From Nanobdellota archaeon (GTDB lineage Archaea > Nanobdellota > Nanobdellia > Woesearchaeales > JAHWHD01), in assembly GCA_034722435.1 (NCBI GenBank), contig JAYENX010000041.1, positions 1-33,191 on the forward strand: a stretch of DNA of 33,191 nt, in the 5' to 3' direction. The notes under the pieces were generated by a model. That model did no database searches, was not told the origin of the DNA, and worked only from the letters and a program-made list of their open reading frames with translations. The translations under genes and the position numbers were made by a program. Shown piece after piece: positions 1 to 9,267 of this stretch. How positions within the stretch are numbered: position 1 is the stretch's first letter; each line of letters starts with the position of its first letter.

Positions 1-2
1 CA

Positions 3-1082
3 GAAGAATGTTTAGAGTATGAATGTATTAATTTCGTTTATAATTCTGATGGTAGATTGGTTTTGTCAGAGGATGTCCATCAAGTTAATGTAAGTATTAA
101 GGATGTAGCAGGAAATAAGATTGATGTTGATTGGGCGTTTACAGTAAATACTAAAGTTCCTTCTACTCCTGATTTTGCAGTTTCAAATGCTACCATGAAA
201 GATGGTGCTTGGTATACTAGAGTTTTGCCTGATTATTTTAATTTAACATTTAAAGAAAGTGTTGAGAATCTTTCAGTTAGTTTTGGAGAATGTAGTAATG
301 TAAATGGAATTTTGTATGAATGTAATATTTCAGAAAAAGATATGCTTGATGATGGTAGGTTTAGGATATATGTTAATGCAAGTAAACCTGGAGAAAATGT
401 TTTTGGAGAGTGGTGGTACGAAATAGTGTATGATACAACTGCTCCTGAGGTAACTCTTCTTTTTGATTCTTCAGTTAGATCTAATATTGAAATTGACATT
501 GATGCATATATATTAAATGAAGATGAAGCAACTAGCGCGTTCATAGATATACTGGGACAAAGGTATGATATGCCTTTGGTTATAATTGATTTGTTAGGTA
601 TAAATAATTACCATTCTTACACTTGGACAGTTCCTCAACTTCCAGATGGAGATTACGAATTTAATGTGACTGCCGTAGATAAAGCAGGAAATTTAAAGAT
701 TGTTGCAGGGATAATTACCATAGATAATACTCCTCCTGATATAGGTATAATTGAGATAATTGCTGATAATATTTATTCGCGAATTGAAAATGACGAAGTT
801 GTATATTATACAAGTGATAGCGAAGTGATTGTTAAAGGTAATGCTTCTGGAGCGTCAATAGTAAGAAGGTTACATCCTCTTTATTATGCTGAAGCAGAAA
901 TAAATTATGTAGATGATACGTATATGTTACCTCTTAGATTACAGGCCGTGGATTTAAATGAAATACATAATAGAGTCAAGTTTGAATCAGTTGATGAAGC
1001 GGGTAATGTTTTGGGAATTGAATTTAGTATATATGTAGATAGAAAATCTCCTAAAGAAATAATAACTATTTTACCACCATAA
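3..1082 (+). CDS. 5'-truncated surface protein with Ig-like beta-sandwich repeats
   Basis: The frame is open from base 3 (EECLEYECINFVY...) into the tracked TTG at 57, so the gene starts before the window. It has Ig-like repeat signatures DTTAP, DNTPP, DVAGN, DKAGN and DEAGN, and is rich in acidic residues and N-x-S/T sequons. Confidence 0.75.
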   Translation, partial: EECLEYECINFVYNSDGRLVLSEDVHQVNVSIKDVAGNKIDVDWAFTVNTKVPSTPDFAVSNATMKDGAWYTRVLPDYFNLTFKESVENLSVSFGECSNVNGILYECNISEKDMLDDGRFRIYVNASKPGENVFGEWWYEIVYDTTAPEVTLLFDSSVRSNIEIDIDAYILNEDEATSAFIDILGQRYDMPLVIIDLLGINNYHSYTWTVPQLPDGDYEFNVTAVDKAGNLKIVAGIITIDNTPPDIGIIEIIADNIYSRIENDEVVYYTSDSEVIVKGNASGASIVRRLHPLYYAEAEINYVDDTYMLPLRLQAVDLNEIHNRVKFESVDEAGNVLGIEFSIYVDRKSPKEIITILPP

Positions 1083-1086
1083 TAAA

Positions 1087-4000
1087 ATGCGATTTAGAAA
1101 TTTAATTATATATCTGATATTATTACTTCTATTGTTAACTATAGTGTTTGCAGTTGAAATTACTGTTTATCCTGGACCTAAAATCGTGGTTGAGTTTGAC
1201 GAAGAAGCAATAATACAGGATTCTAAAATTGTGAAAGATGATTTTCAGATGAATCTTGATTTAGAAACGTTTGATAATTTTACTTTTAATTTTACTCCTG
1301 TAGAAGATTTGGCTGATGATACTTATGAATTTGTTTTAGATGCGTCAGATTTGTTAGGGAATTCGGATACTTATACTTTAGAATTTCAGGTTCAAGCAGG
1401 AATAACTGTGGTTACTCTTGATCATCCATCTCATGGTGTTTCATCAATTAATCCTTTTGATATTGTTGTAAAGACTAGTAAGTCTTCCAATTGTAATTAT
1501 TCTATTTCTAGTTTTCCTGTTACTCCTCCGCCAATAGGTACTATGGCTACATTCAATGATATACAGGATCAAAATCATAAACATATTATTTCGAATGTTA
1601 ATGTGGATACTTTCGAGAAACATCTTTATATTAAATGTTTAGATTTTTTTAATGAACCTGCGGAAGGTCATTTTATACTTTCAGTTTTGACTACGAAACC
1701 TGAAATAAGTGTTGTTGCAGATCCTTCAACAGTTGCAGAACGAACTGAAGGTGCATTCTTAACTGAATTTAAAGTTGAATCAAATCAAGATGTTGTGTGT
1801 AAATATTCAACTTCTGAAAACGATGCTTGGTTGAGTAGAACTTATTTTGATAACCAGGATTTTGAAAACATTTCTAGTTTCAAACAGAACATAACTCAAG
1901 ATATTTTTGTTTTGGAGGATGGACGAACATATACTTATTGGGTTGAATGTATGAATAAAGCTGAGCTTGTTACTAAACGAAAAGTTGAGTTTAATACTGA
2001 TACCACTGCAGGTCTTTCTATAACTGTTAATCAGCCTTCTCAATTTACTTCTAATCAACAGTTTACGTTTGATTTGTCAACTAGTAAATCAAGTCTTTGT
2101 AGTTATAAAGTTGATACTGATGAAACGGCTACACAGTTTACTACATTTTATACGAAGAAACATATTATAGCTGATTCACGTACATTTGATGCGGGAAGAC
2201 ATACTGTACTTTTTAGATGTGAAACTGCTGATGGCGATAGTGAAACTATTAATTATGCGGTAACTGTTGATTTAACGGCGCCTGTAAATGCAAGTTTTAA
2301 TAATACTAATTCTAACTCTTGTGGTAAACTTGGTGATTGGAAATTAGAGGCTGAATGGGATTTTGAAGATCCTGAATCGCCAATTAGATTATATGAGTAT
2401 GCAGTTGTTGATTCTTTTGAATCTACTTTGGTTAATTGGACAGAGACTTCTTCAAATAAAGTTTCTGTTGATAGGGATTTAAATGGTGATGATTTAAATT
2501 TAACAGAAGGTAAAACGTATTATTTTTATGTTAGGGCAATGAATGCTGCAGGACTTTGGTCGGAAAAGTTCAAAAGCGATTCTATTACTGCGAGAAATTT
2601 GTCAAGTGTTTATTGTATAGAGCGTGAACCTCCCAGGGGCTGGGTTACTTTTGTTGTTACAGAACGAGGTGCGAATGTTACATTGCATTGTAGTGATGAT
2701 AGCGGTTGTGATATGACTAGTGCCAAGTATGGGTTTGTTAAGCTTAATAGTAGTGATGTTTGTAGTGCAGAACTTAATTATGGTGGTGTTGTTGAAATAA
2801 TGTATGACGGTATTTTTTGTTTCAAAGTTTTTGATATGTTTGGTAATTCTGATACAGGTCATGAAGAGATAATACTTACTCTGGTAGATTCTGATGGAGA
2901 TGGTGTGCCCGATGTTAATGATAAGTGTCCTTTTACGCCTATTGAAGAAATATTTGATGTTAATCCTGATGGTTGCGGTCCTTCCGAGAGGGATAGTGAT
3001 GGTGATGGAATATTAGATAAAGATGATGCGTGTCCTGACTCCGAAGAGGGGTTAAATGCGTCATACATCAATGCAGAAGGTTGTTATGTCGATACAGATT
3101 CTGATGGAATTCCTGATTTTTGGGAAGACCGGTATGGTTTAGATAAAAATGATCCTAGCGATGCTAATGTTGATTCTGATGGTGATGGATATATTAATCT
3201 ATTAGAATATCAACATGGAACTGATCCAAATGATAAAAATAGTAAACCTTTTGTAGATTCTGACGGTGATGGTGTTGAAGATATTATTGATAGATGTCCT
3301 AATACACCTAATGGTGAGAGTGTTGATGCGCTTGGATGTTCAGCTTCTCAGAAGGATTCTGATGGTGATGGTGTTAAGGATGATGTGGATAAGTGTCCGG
3401 GGACTGAAATTGGAAAGAAAGTGGATGAAACAGGTTGTCCGATAAGGTTAGTTCCTATATTTTTACTATTGTTGGGACTGGCTTTAATATTTGCTGGTGG
3501 CGGTTATATGTTATACAAAAAAATGGTTCTTGAGAAGCCTTTACCTAAGAAGGTTTTTGGTCCTACAGGTTCTCCGACTAGAAGAGCCATTTATCCTACG
3601 CGTAAAGTTCCTAGTTTTGAAGAAAAACGAGAAATGTTAGCAAGACGTCAAGATGAGGCAAGGAAACGTGCTAAGTTTAATGCGAGAGAAATGATTTTTT
3701 CTAAATTTGGTAAAGGGGAGGGTAAAACAAAACTTAAAGCGTCTTCACTTCCTGAGAAAAAGAATACGTTTGATAGATTGCTGAAGTTGAGTAAAGAAAA
3801 GGATTTATTTCAACGATTAACTAAATTAAATACTAAAAGAGCGATAACTAAGGATGATTTTGAAAGGTTGCAAAAATTTGCACAAATGAGGCAAAAGGGT
3901 GTATTTGCAGAGCTTCCAAAAGCTAAAGTTAAAAATGTTTTTGAAGAAATATCTAAAAAGTTTGAAACCAAAATGGGTAAATCTGCTTTGCAAGAACTTG

Positions 4001-4242
4001 AATCTTTATCAAGTAAAAAGAAAGCTAAAAGGGGAGATATTATCCAGATGTTGGCAACTATTAAAGCTCCTAAGAAACAGATTAAAAATGTTTTTGCAGC
4101 TGTTTTGAGTTATCTTGTTGAAGCAGGGAAAATAACTCAAAAAGAAGTGAAATCTGTGCTTATAGAACTTGCTGATAGAGGAGTAATATCTAAAGGAGAT
4201 GTTGCAGATGTATTATATTCGTTGAGGTTAGGTAAAAAATGA
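1087..4242 (+). CDS. Large membrane-anchored surface protein/adhesin: signal peptide, Ig/FN3-like domains, TSP3-type repeats, TM helix, long basic cytoplasmic tail
   Basis: N-terminal basic and hydrophobic signal ending VFA. DLTAP and YYFYVRAMNAAGLWSE are FN3/Ig-like. There are six DxDxDG motifs and a TM helix LVPIFLLLLGLALIFAGGGYMLY (3448-3516), followed by ~241 Lys-rich residues. Confidence 0.8.
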   Translation: MRFRNLIIYLILLLLLLTIVFAVEITVYPGPKIVVEFDEEAIIQDSKIVKDDFQMNLDLETFDNFTFNFTPVEDLADDTYEFVLDASDLLGNSDTYTLEFQVQAGITVVTLDHPSHGVSSINPFDIVVKTSKSSNCNYSISSFPVTPPPIGTMATFNDIQDQNHKHIISNVNVDTFEKHLYIKCLDFFNEPAEGHFILSVLTTKPEISVVADPSTVAERTEGAFLTEFKVESNQDVVCKYSTSENDAWLSRTYFDNQDFENISSFKQNITQDIFVLEDGRTYTYWVECMNKAELVTKRKVEFNTDTTAGLSITVNQPSQFTSNQQFTFDLSTSKSSLCSYKVDTDETATQFTTFYTKKHIIADSRTFDAGRHTVLFRCETADGDSETINYAVTVDLTAPVNASFNNTNSNSCGKLGDWKLEAEWDFEDPESPIRLYEYAVVDSFESTLVNWTETSSNKVSVDRDLNGDDLNLTEGKTYYFYVRAMNAAGLWSEKFKSDSITARNLSSVYCIEREPPRGWVTFVVTERGANVTLHCSDDSGCDMTSAKYGFVKLNSSDVCSAELNYGGVVEIMYDGIFCFKVFDMFGNSDTGHEEIILTLVDSDGDGVPDVNDKCPFTPIEEIFDVNPDGCGPSERDSDGDGILDKDDACPDSEEGLNASYINAEGCYVDTDSDGIPDFWEDRYGLDKNDPSDANVDSDGDGYINLLEYQHGTDPNDKNSKPFVDSDGDGVEDIIDRCPNTPNGESVDALGCSASQKDSDGDGVKDDVDKCPGTEIGKKVDETGCPIRLVPIFLLLLGLALIFAGGGYMLYKKMVLEKPLPKKVFGPTGSPTRRAIYPTRKVPSFEEKREMLARRQDEARKRAKFNAREMIFSKFGKGEGKTKLKASSLPEKKNTFDRLLKLSKEKDLFQRLTKLNTKRAITKDDFERLQKFAQMRQKGVFAELPKAKVKNVFEEISKKFETKMGKSALQELESLSSKKKAKRGDIIQMLATIKAPKKQIKNVFAAVLSYLVEAGKITQKEVKSVLIELADRGVISKGDVADVLYSLRLGKK
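2887..3441 (+). repeat. Thrombospondin type 3-like Ca-binding repeats (protein-level)
   Basis: DSDGDGVPDVNDKCP, DSDGDGILDKDDACP, DTDSDGIPDFWE, DSDGDGYINLLE, DSDGDGVEDIIDRCP, DSDGDGVKDDVDKCP. Confidence 0.85.
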
Positions 4243-4793
4243 AAAAAAAAGCGCAAATTCAAACACATTTATTTATTTATATAGCTGCTATTATCATGGT
4301 TGCTTTAATACTTCTTTTTGGTTATAGAGCTATTTCTAATTTTGTAGGGAAAGGTGAGCAAGCCACTTTACTTTCTGTTGAACAAGATTTGGTTAGTGAA
4401 GTAGATAGAGTGAGTGTTTCTTTTGGTGAAGTTAGTATTAGAGAATTTAATTTTCCTGGTAAGTATTCTGCGTTATGTTTAGTTGATAGTTCTGTAGTTG
4501 AAGGGGCGCCAGGTGATACTTCGGGTTTGTATGCGTCACAATTAGCATTGATGAATGATTATCCGCTTTTGCAAGGGGCTATTGAATCTGGTTCAGAAAG
4601 TAATGTATTTTTAATAAAAGATGGAGTTTCGGAATCGTTTTCAGATGTTGGATTGGTACAGATTACGTCCGGGTTTAAATGTGTAAATCTTACAAGAGGT
4701 AGTGCTAGGCTTAGGTTTGATTGGAAAGGTCGAGGAGTTGTTCAGGTAAGGGCGTGTAGTTTTACTGATTTAAATTGTGAGACAGAGATTTGA
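4239..4793 (+). CDS. Class III signal peptide (type IV pilin-like) protein
   Basis: MKKKA|QIQTHLFIYIAAIIMVALILLFG: short basic leader, then A/Q, then a hydrophobic helix. ATGA overlap with the upstream stop. Confidence 0.8.
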   Translation: MKKKAQIQTHLFIYIAAIIMVALILLFGYRAISNFVGKGEQATLLSVEQDLVSEVDRVSVSFGEVSIREFNFPGKYSALCLVDSSVVEGAPGDTSGLYASQLALMNDYPLLQGAIESGSESNVFLIKDGVSESFSDVGLVQITSGFKCVNLTRGSARLRFDWKGRGVVQVRACSFTDLNCETEI

Positions 4794-5827
4794 AGATGAA
4801 AGGCCAGGTTTCAATACAGTTTAATTGGATTTTTGTATTGATTGCTGGAGCAGTTATTCTTCTTTTTTTTGCAGGAATTGTAATTAAACAGAAAGGGGTC
4901 TCTGAAACTAAATTTTGTGGAACAGTTTTAAATTCGCTTGATGCTACTTTTTCGATTGTGAGTGAGAGTTCCGGAACTGAAAAAACAACAGATATGCCTA
5001 AACAAGTGATTGAACTTGATTGTAGAGAGTATCGTTGTTTAGGTACAGAAAATATACCTGCAAAATCAACAGGTAATCTTCCTCTTTTTGGTCCTGGTGA
5101 GTTAGAGGGTATGACTGCAATAATTTCTAGTAAAGAATGGGATGTTCCTTTTAGAATTGTTAATTTTTTGTATGTGACGACGCAAGAAGTGCGGTATTAT
5201 ATTGTATACAGAGATTCAAGTTCTGAAACTTTTGCAAATTATGTTTATGATAAAATGCCTGATAATGTTACTAAAGAATTGGTGAGTTTTGATCAGATTC
5301 TTTCTATATCTAATAAAAACGATAACAAAGTGCGTTTTATATTTGTTGATGTAACTGGTCAAGCAAATCTTCCTAATTTTTTTGATCTGTATTCTGATGA
5401 GGATGTAACTGTGCTTGAAATAGATTCTTCAATAAGAAGTTTAAAATTTTATGATAGAATTGGTCAAGATTTTATTTTAGCAGGTATTAGTTATTATATT
5501 AATGATGTTGATATGCTTGGAGCAATATTTTCTGATAATTTAAATAATTTTGAATGTGCTTTGAGAAAAGCTTATCAGAGATTGAATTATATAACTACTA
5601 TAAATCTTTATAGAATTGATGAAATTTCAAATATTGTAGATCAAACTTCATCATGTCCTTTCATTTATGCTGGAGTTTATGACGAACTTGAAGAATTAAA
5701 AAGTGCTTCATTGGATTGTATTGATACAGTAAATGATGTTTGTGCTATGGACATATATTCATCAATAATTGATTTAAGGACTTATAATAACGATTTAATA
5801 AAAGAATCATGTCCTTTACTTTATTAA
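4790..5827 (+). CDS. Class III signal peptide protein (minor pilin-like, 345 aa)
   Basis: MKMKG|QVSIQFNWIFVLIAGAVILLFF; Cys-containing C-terminal region; 4-nt overlap with the upstream gene. Confidence 0.8.
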   Translation: MKMKGQVSIQFNWIFVLIAGAVILLFFAGIVIKQKGVSETKFCGTVLNSLDATFSIVSESSGTEKTTDMPKQVIELDCREYRCLGTENIPAKSTGNLPLFGPGELEGMTAIISSKEWDVPFRIVNFLYVTTQEVRYYIVYRDSSSETFANYVYDKMPDNVTKELVSFDQILSISNKNDNKVRFIFVDVTGQANLPNFFDLYSDEDVTVLEIDSSIRSLKFYDRIGQDFILAGISYYINDVDMLGAIFSDNLNNFECALRKAYQRLNYITTINLYRIDEISNIVDQTSSCPFIYAGVYDELEELKSASLDCIDTVNDVCAMDIYSSIIDLRTYNNDLIKESCPLLY

Positions 5828-5886
5828 AATATAAAAATTTAATTAATGAACATTTAAATGAAAATTAAAATAGAAATAAAAAGAAA

Positions 5887-6408
5887 ATGAAATTTAAGTT
5901 TAAGCGTAAATCTCAGATGAAAATGGCTGAGAATATTGGTATTTTAGTAATTTTCTTTATACTGTTAGTTGTAGGTATGGTTTTTTATGCTAGAGTACAA
6001 TCGGCAGGTGTTAAATTTGAAGCCATTGAAAAGAGGGGGCAAGATGCGTTAATTATTAGTCAAAGGATTGTTAATCTTCCAGAGATTCAATGTTCTGAAC
6101 CGGTAGAATCTGAAGCAGGAAGGCAGGATTGTATTGATTTGTACAGGTTAATGTCTTTTAGTGATGATTTTAAGTTTAAAGCTGAAATTGGTGATGAAGT
6201 TTTTAATTCTTATTATTTTGATATATTCACTTATAGTAATGTTACTTTGCGAGAGATATATCCTCCTTCGGGTAGAGAATGGGAATTATATTCGAATAAA
6301 CCTGCCCAGATTAGTAGTAGGATACCTACTCCTGTACCTGTACTTCTTTTTGATGAAGTTCAAGATAAGTATAGTTTTGGGATGTTAATAGTTGAGGTTT
6401 ATTCATGA
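5887..6408 (+). CDS. Class III signal peptide protein (pilin-like)
   Basis: KFKRKS|QMKMAENIGILVIFFILLVVG: basic leader and hydrophobic helix, with Ser at the putative -1 position. Confidence 0.75.
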   Translation: MKFKFKRKSQMKMAENIGILVIFFILLVVGMVFYARVQSAGVKFEAIEKRGQDALIISQRIVNLPEIQCSEPVESEAGRQDCIDLYRLMSFSDDFKFKAEIGDEVFNSYYFDIFTYSNVTLREIYPPSGREWELYSNKPAQISSRIPTPVPVLLFDEVQDKYSFGMLIVEVYS

Positions 6409-6959
6409 GTATTTTGAAGATGCCGAGAAAGGGTCAGATGGAGGTATTTGGTTTAGCAGTAATTGTTATTTTATTAGTTATAGGGATGCTTTTTATGGTG
6501 CGGTTTGTTATATTGCGACCCCAGTCTCAAGCTAAGGCTGCTAGTTCTTTTGTTAGTAAAGATATGGCTTCTAATGTTGTGGTTTACATGTTAGATGTGA
6601 CTGTTGATAAATCTGAAGTTTGTAATAAAAGGTTGGATATTACTGACTTAATAAGGGATTGTGCATTAGGTGGCGGGATAAGATGTCTTGATACTACGCC
6701 TCCTTCAATAATTCCAACTTGTGAAATTGCTGCAACTATAATTGAAGATAATATTCTTAAAGATACTTTAGATTTTTATGGACATGAATATTTTTTTAGT
6801 GTTTATAAGTCGTCTCTAGGACCTGATATGCCTATTGAAGATTTGGTGATTAGTAATAGAGTTGATGATGCTCCTTGTCCTGGTAAAAAAATCTCTGGGA
6901 TTGCGTTTATACCGCTTACACCTGATTTGTTAAATGTGCAGTTAGATATTTGTACTTAA
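6405..6959 (+). CDS. Class III signal peptide protein (pilin-like)
   Basis: PRKG|QMEVFGLAVIVILLVIG; several Cys; 4-nt overlap with the upstream gene. Confidence 0.8.
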   Translation: MSILKMPRKGQMEVFGLAVIVILLVIGMLFMVRFVILRPQSQAKAASSFVSKDMASNVVVYMLDVTVDKSEVCNKRLDITDLIRDCALGGGIRCLDTTPPSIIPTCEIAATIIEDNILKDTLDFYGHEYFFSVYKSSLGPDMPIEDLVISNRVDDAPCPGKKISGIAFIPLTPDLLNVQLDICT

Positions 6960-6986
6960 TATTATAATGTTGTCATTTGAAATTTA

Positions 6987-7043
6987 AGAAAAGTTTATAA
7001 ATGCTTATAATATAAACTTGGTTATTACATTCATAAAGAGGTG
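6987..7043 (+). promoter_or_regulatory. Putative BRE/TATA promoter and Shine-Dalgarno of pilin A
   Basis: Purine run AGAAAAG followed by TTTATAAA (6994-7001); GAGGTG at 7038-7043, 7 nt before the ATG at 7051. Confidence 0.6.
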
Positions 7044-7050
7044 AAATAAT

Positions 7051-7422
7051 ATGAATAAGAAAGCTCAAGGAATTTCTTTGAATGTTATCATTATTGCAGC
7101 TATTGCTTTGATAGTTCTTGTAGTTCTTATAGCTATTTTTACAGGAAGACTTAGTGGATTTCAGAGTGAGTTAGGAGAAATTTCAGACGCAGAAGTGTTT
7201 AGAGTACAAGCAATGAGTACTTCTCGTTGTGTTCCAAGCAAGCAAGGTATTGTTGATATTAAAGGTAGTCTTGTAGGTGAGTCCGAGTTACAGGCGAATC
7301 AGCAGTATAATGAACAAATTCAAGAAACAATTACTAATTGCGGGAGATTTGTACAATCTGTTAGAACTGAAGATGATAACAGACAAGCTTGTAATTCTGC
7401 AACTAGATGTGTTTGGAGATAA
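7051..7422 (+). CDS. Small type IV pilin-like protein, paralogue A (candidate major pilin)
   Basis: MNKKA|QGISLNVIIIAAIALIVLVVLIAIF; own TATA and SD; 4 Cys in the head. Confidence 0.85.
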   Translation: MNKKAQGISLNVIIIAAIALIVLVVLIAIFTGRLSGFQSELGEISDAEVFRVQAMSTSRCVPSKQGIVDIKGSLVGESELQANQQYNEQIQETITNCGRFVQSVRTEDDNRQACNSATRCVWR

Positions 7423-7512
7423 TTTTTTTATTTTTAATTTATTTTTCTTTAATTTATAGTTATTAAATTAATTAGTTTATGTTCTTTAAAACTTAATTAT
7501 TTTAATATGTAT

Positions 7513-8808
7513 TTATTTACAATATATGTTCCAGAAAAATTGTTTAATGGGTGAGGGACCTTTATTGTTCCAAATATCTTCATCAAACCATTTTGCAATT
7601 TTATAAGATTTGTTAATCATAATTATGTTTAATTTACCTTTTCCACTTCTTAGTCCGTTTATATCATAACCAAAACCGTAATCGTGAGAAGTTTTGTGTA
7701 TGCTGTAAGAAATTCCTCCGGAGTTTTGGGATAGTTGTGTTCCTGTTTTTGTTTGTTTATTTTCAGGAACTTTTCCAATTGAGAAACAGTTTTCTAAAGA
7801 TTTTGTATCTCCGATTTGTGCAGCTATAGTAACTGATTCGCCGAGTTCATGTAAAGTGGAGTTTATTCGGAGAGGTTTGATTTTTAGATGGAAAGATTGT
7901 TTTTTGTTTTTAGAAGGGCTGAAATAGATGTCTGCAGAGTTATTATGGTAATAGTTAGGGTTGCCCGCATCTAAAGTTGAGAATTTGAACCCATTTTCTA
8001 ATACTTTATACTTGCAGGATTTCCAGGTAGATTCTGTATTGTTGATGTGAGTTTTGTAGAATAATGTAGGGTATTGTTTTAGCCATTCAGGGTCTGCTAT
8101 GGTATGTATTATAACTTTTTTACCTTTAATTTTTGGGAAAATTCCTATCTCAGGTTTATAGTCATTATTTCTTAATATGTATTTATATCCTCTATGGATT
8201 GCGTTGGCTAAATCGGGCGTTATGTTGTTTACGTATCCCGATAGTTTAAATCTGAGGTCTAGGCTGTGGGTACTTATTGCAAATGTACTTTCTGGACCTC
8301 TTGAATAGTTCCCTTGTTTTGCAATATTTATTTCAGTTTTTGTTGATCTGTATATCAGTTCTGGTTTAGTGGATTTTTGGTTAACTATGATGTTTGGAAC
8401 TTTAATAAGAGGTTTTTGATATTGGGAAGTTTGTTTTGGTTTTTGGACTTGAGAATTTTTATTAGCTTGAAATTGATTGTTTCTATTATAAAATTCTTTA
8501 GAGGTTATAGTTATATCGCCAACATATTCTCCTTTGTATACTTTTTCTAAAAGTTCAGGGTCGATAACTCTATCATATTTGATATATTTAAACGGATCTT
8601 TTTGTTCTTCTTCTTTTTCTTTTTTCCGTTGTTTTTGACAATCTTTTAGAAATTCTTCCATAGATTCTCGCATCATTTTTTCTCCTATGCTTTCTCTGAT
8701 TTCTTTTTTATAGCCGTGTAATTTTAGACGATTTTGTGCTATAGCTTGATTAGAACCGAGAAAACATCCGAACATTGTTGCAAGAGCTATGAAAGTTTTG
8801 AATTTCAT
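7513..8808 (-). CDS. Secreted protein of unknown function (orphan 1)
   Basis: 431-aa ORF in an AT-rich background; Sec-type signal MKFKTFIALATMFGCFLGSNQAIA|Q. No family recognised. Confidence 0.7.
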   Translation of the reverse strand: MKFKTFIALATMFGCFLGSNQAIAQNRLKLHGYKKEIRESIGEKMMRESMEEFLKDCQKQRKKEKEEEQKDPFKYIKYDRVIDPELLEKVYKGEYVGDITITSKEFYNRNNQFQANKNSQVQKPKQTSQYQKPLIKVPNIIVNQKSTKPELIYRSTKTEINIAKQGNYSRGPESTFAISTHSLDLRFKLSGYVNNITPDLANAIHRGYKYILRNNDYKPEIGIFPKIKGKKVIIHTIADPEWLKQYPTLFYKTHINNTESTWKSCKYKVLENGFKFSTLDAGNPNYYHNNSADIYFSPSKNKKQSFHLKIKPLRINSTLHELGESVTIAAQIGDTKSLENCFSIGKVPENKQTKTGTQLSQNSGGISYSIHKTSHDYGFGYDINGLRSGKGKLNIIMINKSYKIAKWFDEDIWNNKGPSPIKQFFWNIYCK

Positions 8809-8853
8809 TTTATTTGTATTAAAACTTAATCTTATTTATTCTTTTTGATAAGA

Positions 8854-8894
8854 TTTATATATCCCTTTACTAATAACTCTATTTATAAAGAGGT
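8854..8894 (+). promoter_or_regulatory. TATA element (possibly bidirectional) and SD of pilin B
   Basis: TTTATATA at 8854-8861 lies between the divergent starts at 8808(-) and 8901(+); GAGGT at 8890-8894. Confidence 0.55.
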
Positions 8895-8900
8895 TATTTA

Positions 8901-9146
8901 ATGGAAAAAAAAGCTCAAAGTATGTCTTTGAATGTGATAATTATTGCGATAATTGTTTTAATCGTTGCAATTGTTCTTATTGTAATTTTTACAACCAATA
9001 TTACAAAATCTAGTCAAGAGATTGCTAGTTGTAGTTTGAAAGGTGGAGAGTGTAAATCTGATTGTGGTTCGGGAGAGGCTTTATATCAAAATGCGGATTG
9101 TCCTGAAAATCAAAAGTGTTGTATAAAGGTTCTAAATACTGGTTGA
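8901..9146 (+). CDS. Small type IV pilin-like protein, paralogue B, with six-Cys head
   Basis: MEKKA|QSMSLNVIIIAIIVLIVAIVLIVIF; head spacing C-x6-C-x3-C-x11-C-x5-CC. Confidence 0.85.
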   Translation: MEKKAQSMSLNVIIIAIIVLIVAIVLIVIFTTNITKSSQEIASCSLKGGECKSDCGSGEALYQNADCPENQKCCIKVLNTG

Positions 9147-9153
9147 AATCAAA

Positions 9154-9267
9154 ATGGAAATTAAAATAAAGAATAAAGGTTTTATAACCGGGAAAACGTT
9201 AGTTGAATTATTACTTGTAGCAGTAATTATGCTTGCATTTTATTTAGTGCTTCAGAGGATAGTATGA
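9154..9267 (+). CDS. Mini class III signal peptide protein (37 aa), not in the ORF track
   Basis: Manual translation MEIKIKNKG|FITGKTLVELLLVAVIMLAFYLVLQRIV*. It fills the gap exactly, overlaps the next start as ATGA, and resembles the next gene's N-terminus (KKG|FLTGETLVGL). Confidence 0.7.
   Translation: MEIKIKNKGFITGKTLVELLLVAVIMLAFYLVLQRIV

Noticed and set aside
233-3071. Minus-strand ORFs 233-544, 1807-2058, 2602-2862 and 2859-3071
   Set aside because: They are antisense shadows fully inside the two long surface-protein genes, with no recognisable motifs.
2887-3441. DNA-level near-repeats (gattctgatggtgatgg) as DGR template/variable repeats or a mobile element
   Set aside because: They are explained by protein-level TSP3 repeats. 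There is no reverse transcriptase and no adenine-specific mismatch pattern was seen.
3899-7459. Alternative-frame plus-strand ORFs 3899-4108, 6161-6388 and 7277-7459
   Set aside because: They overlap well-supported genes in another frame and have low-complexity L/K/I composition typical of off-frame AT-rich DNA.
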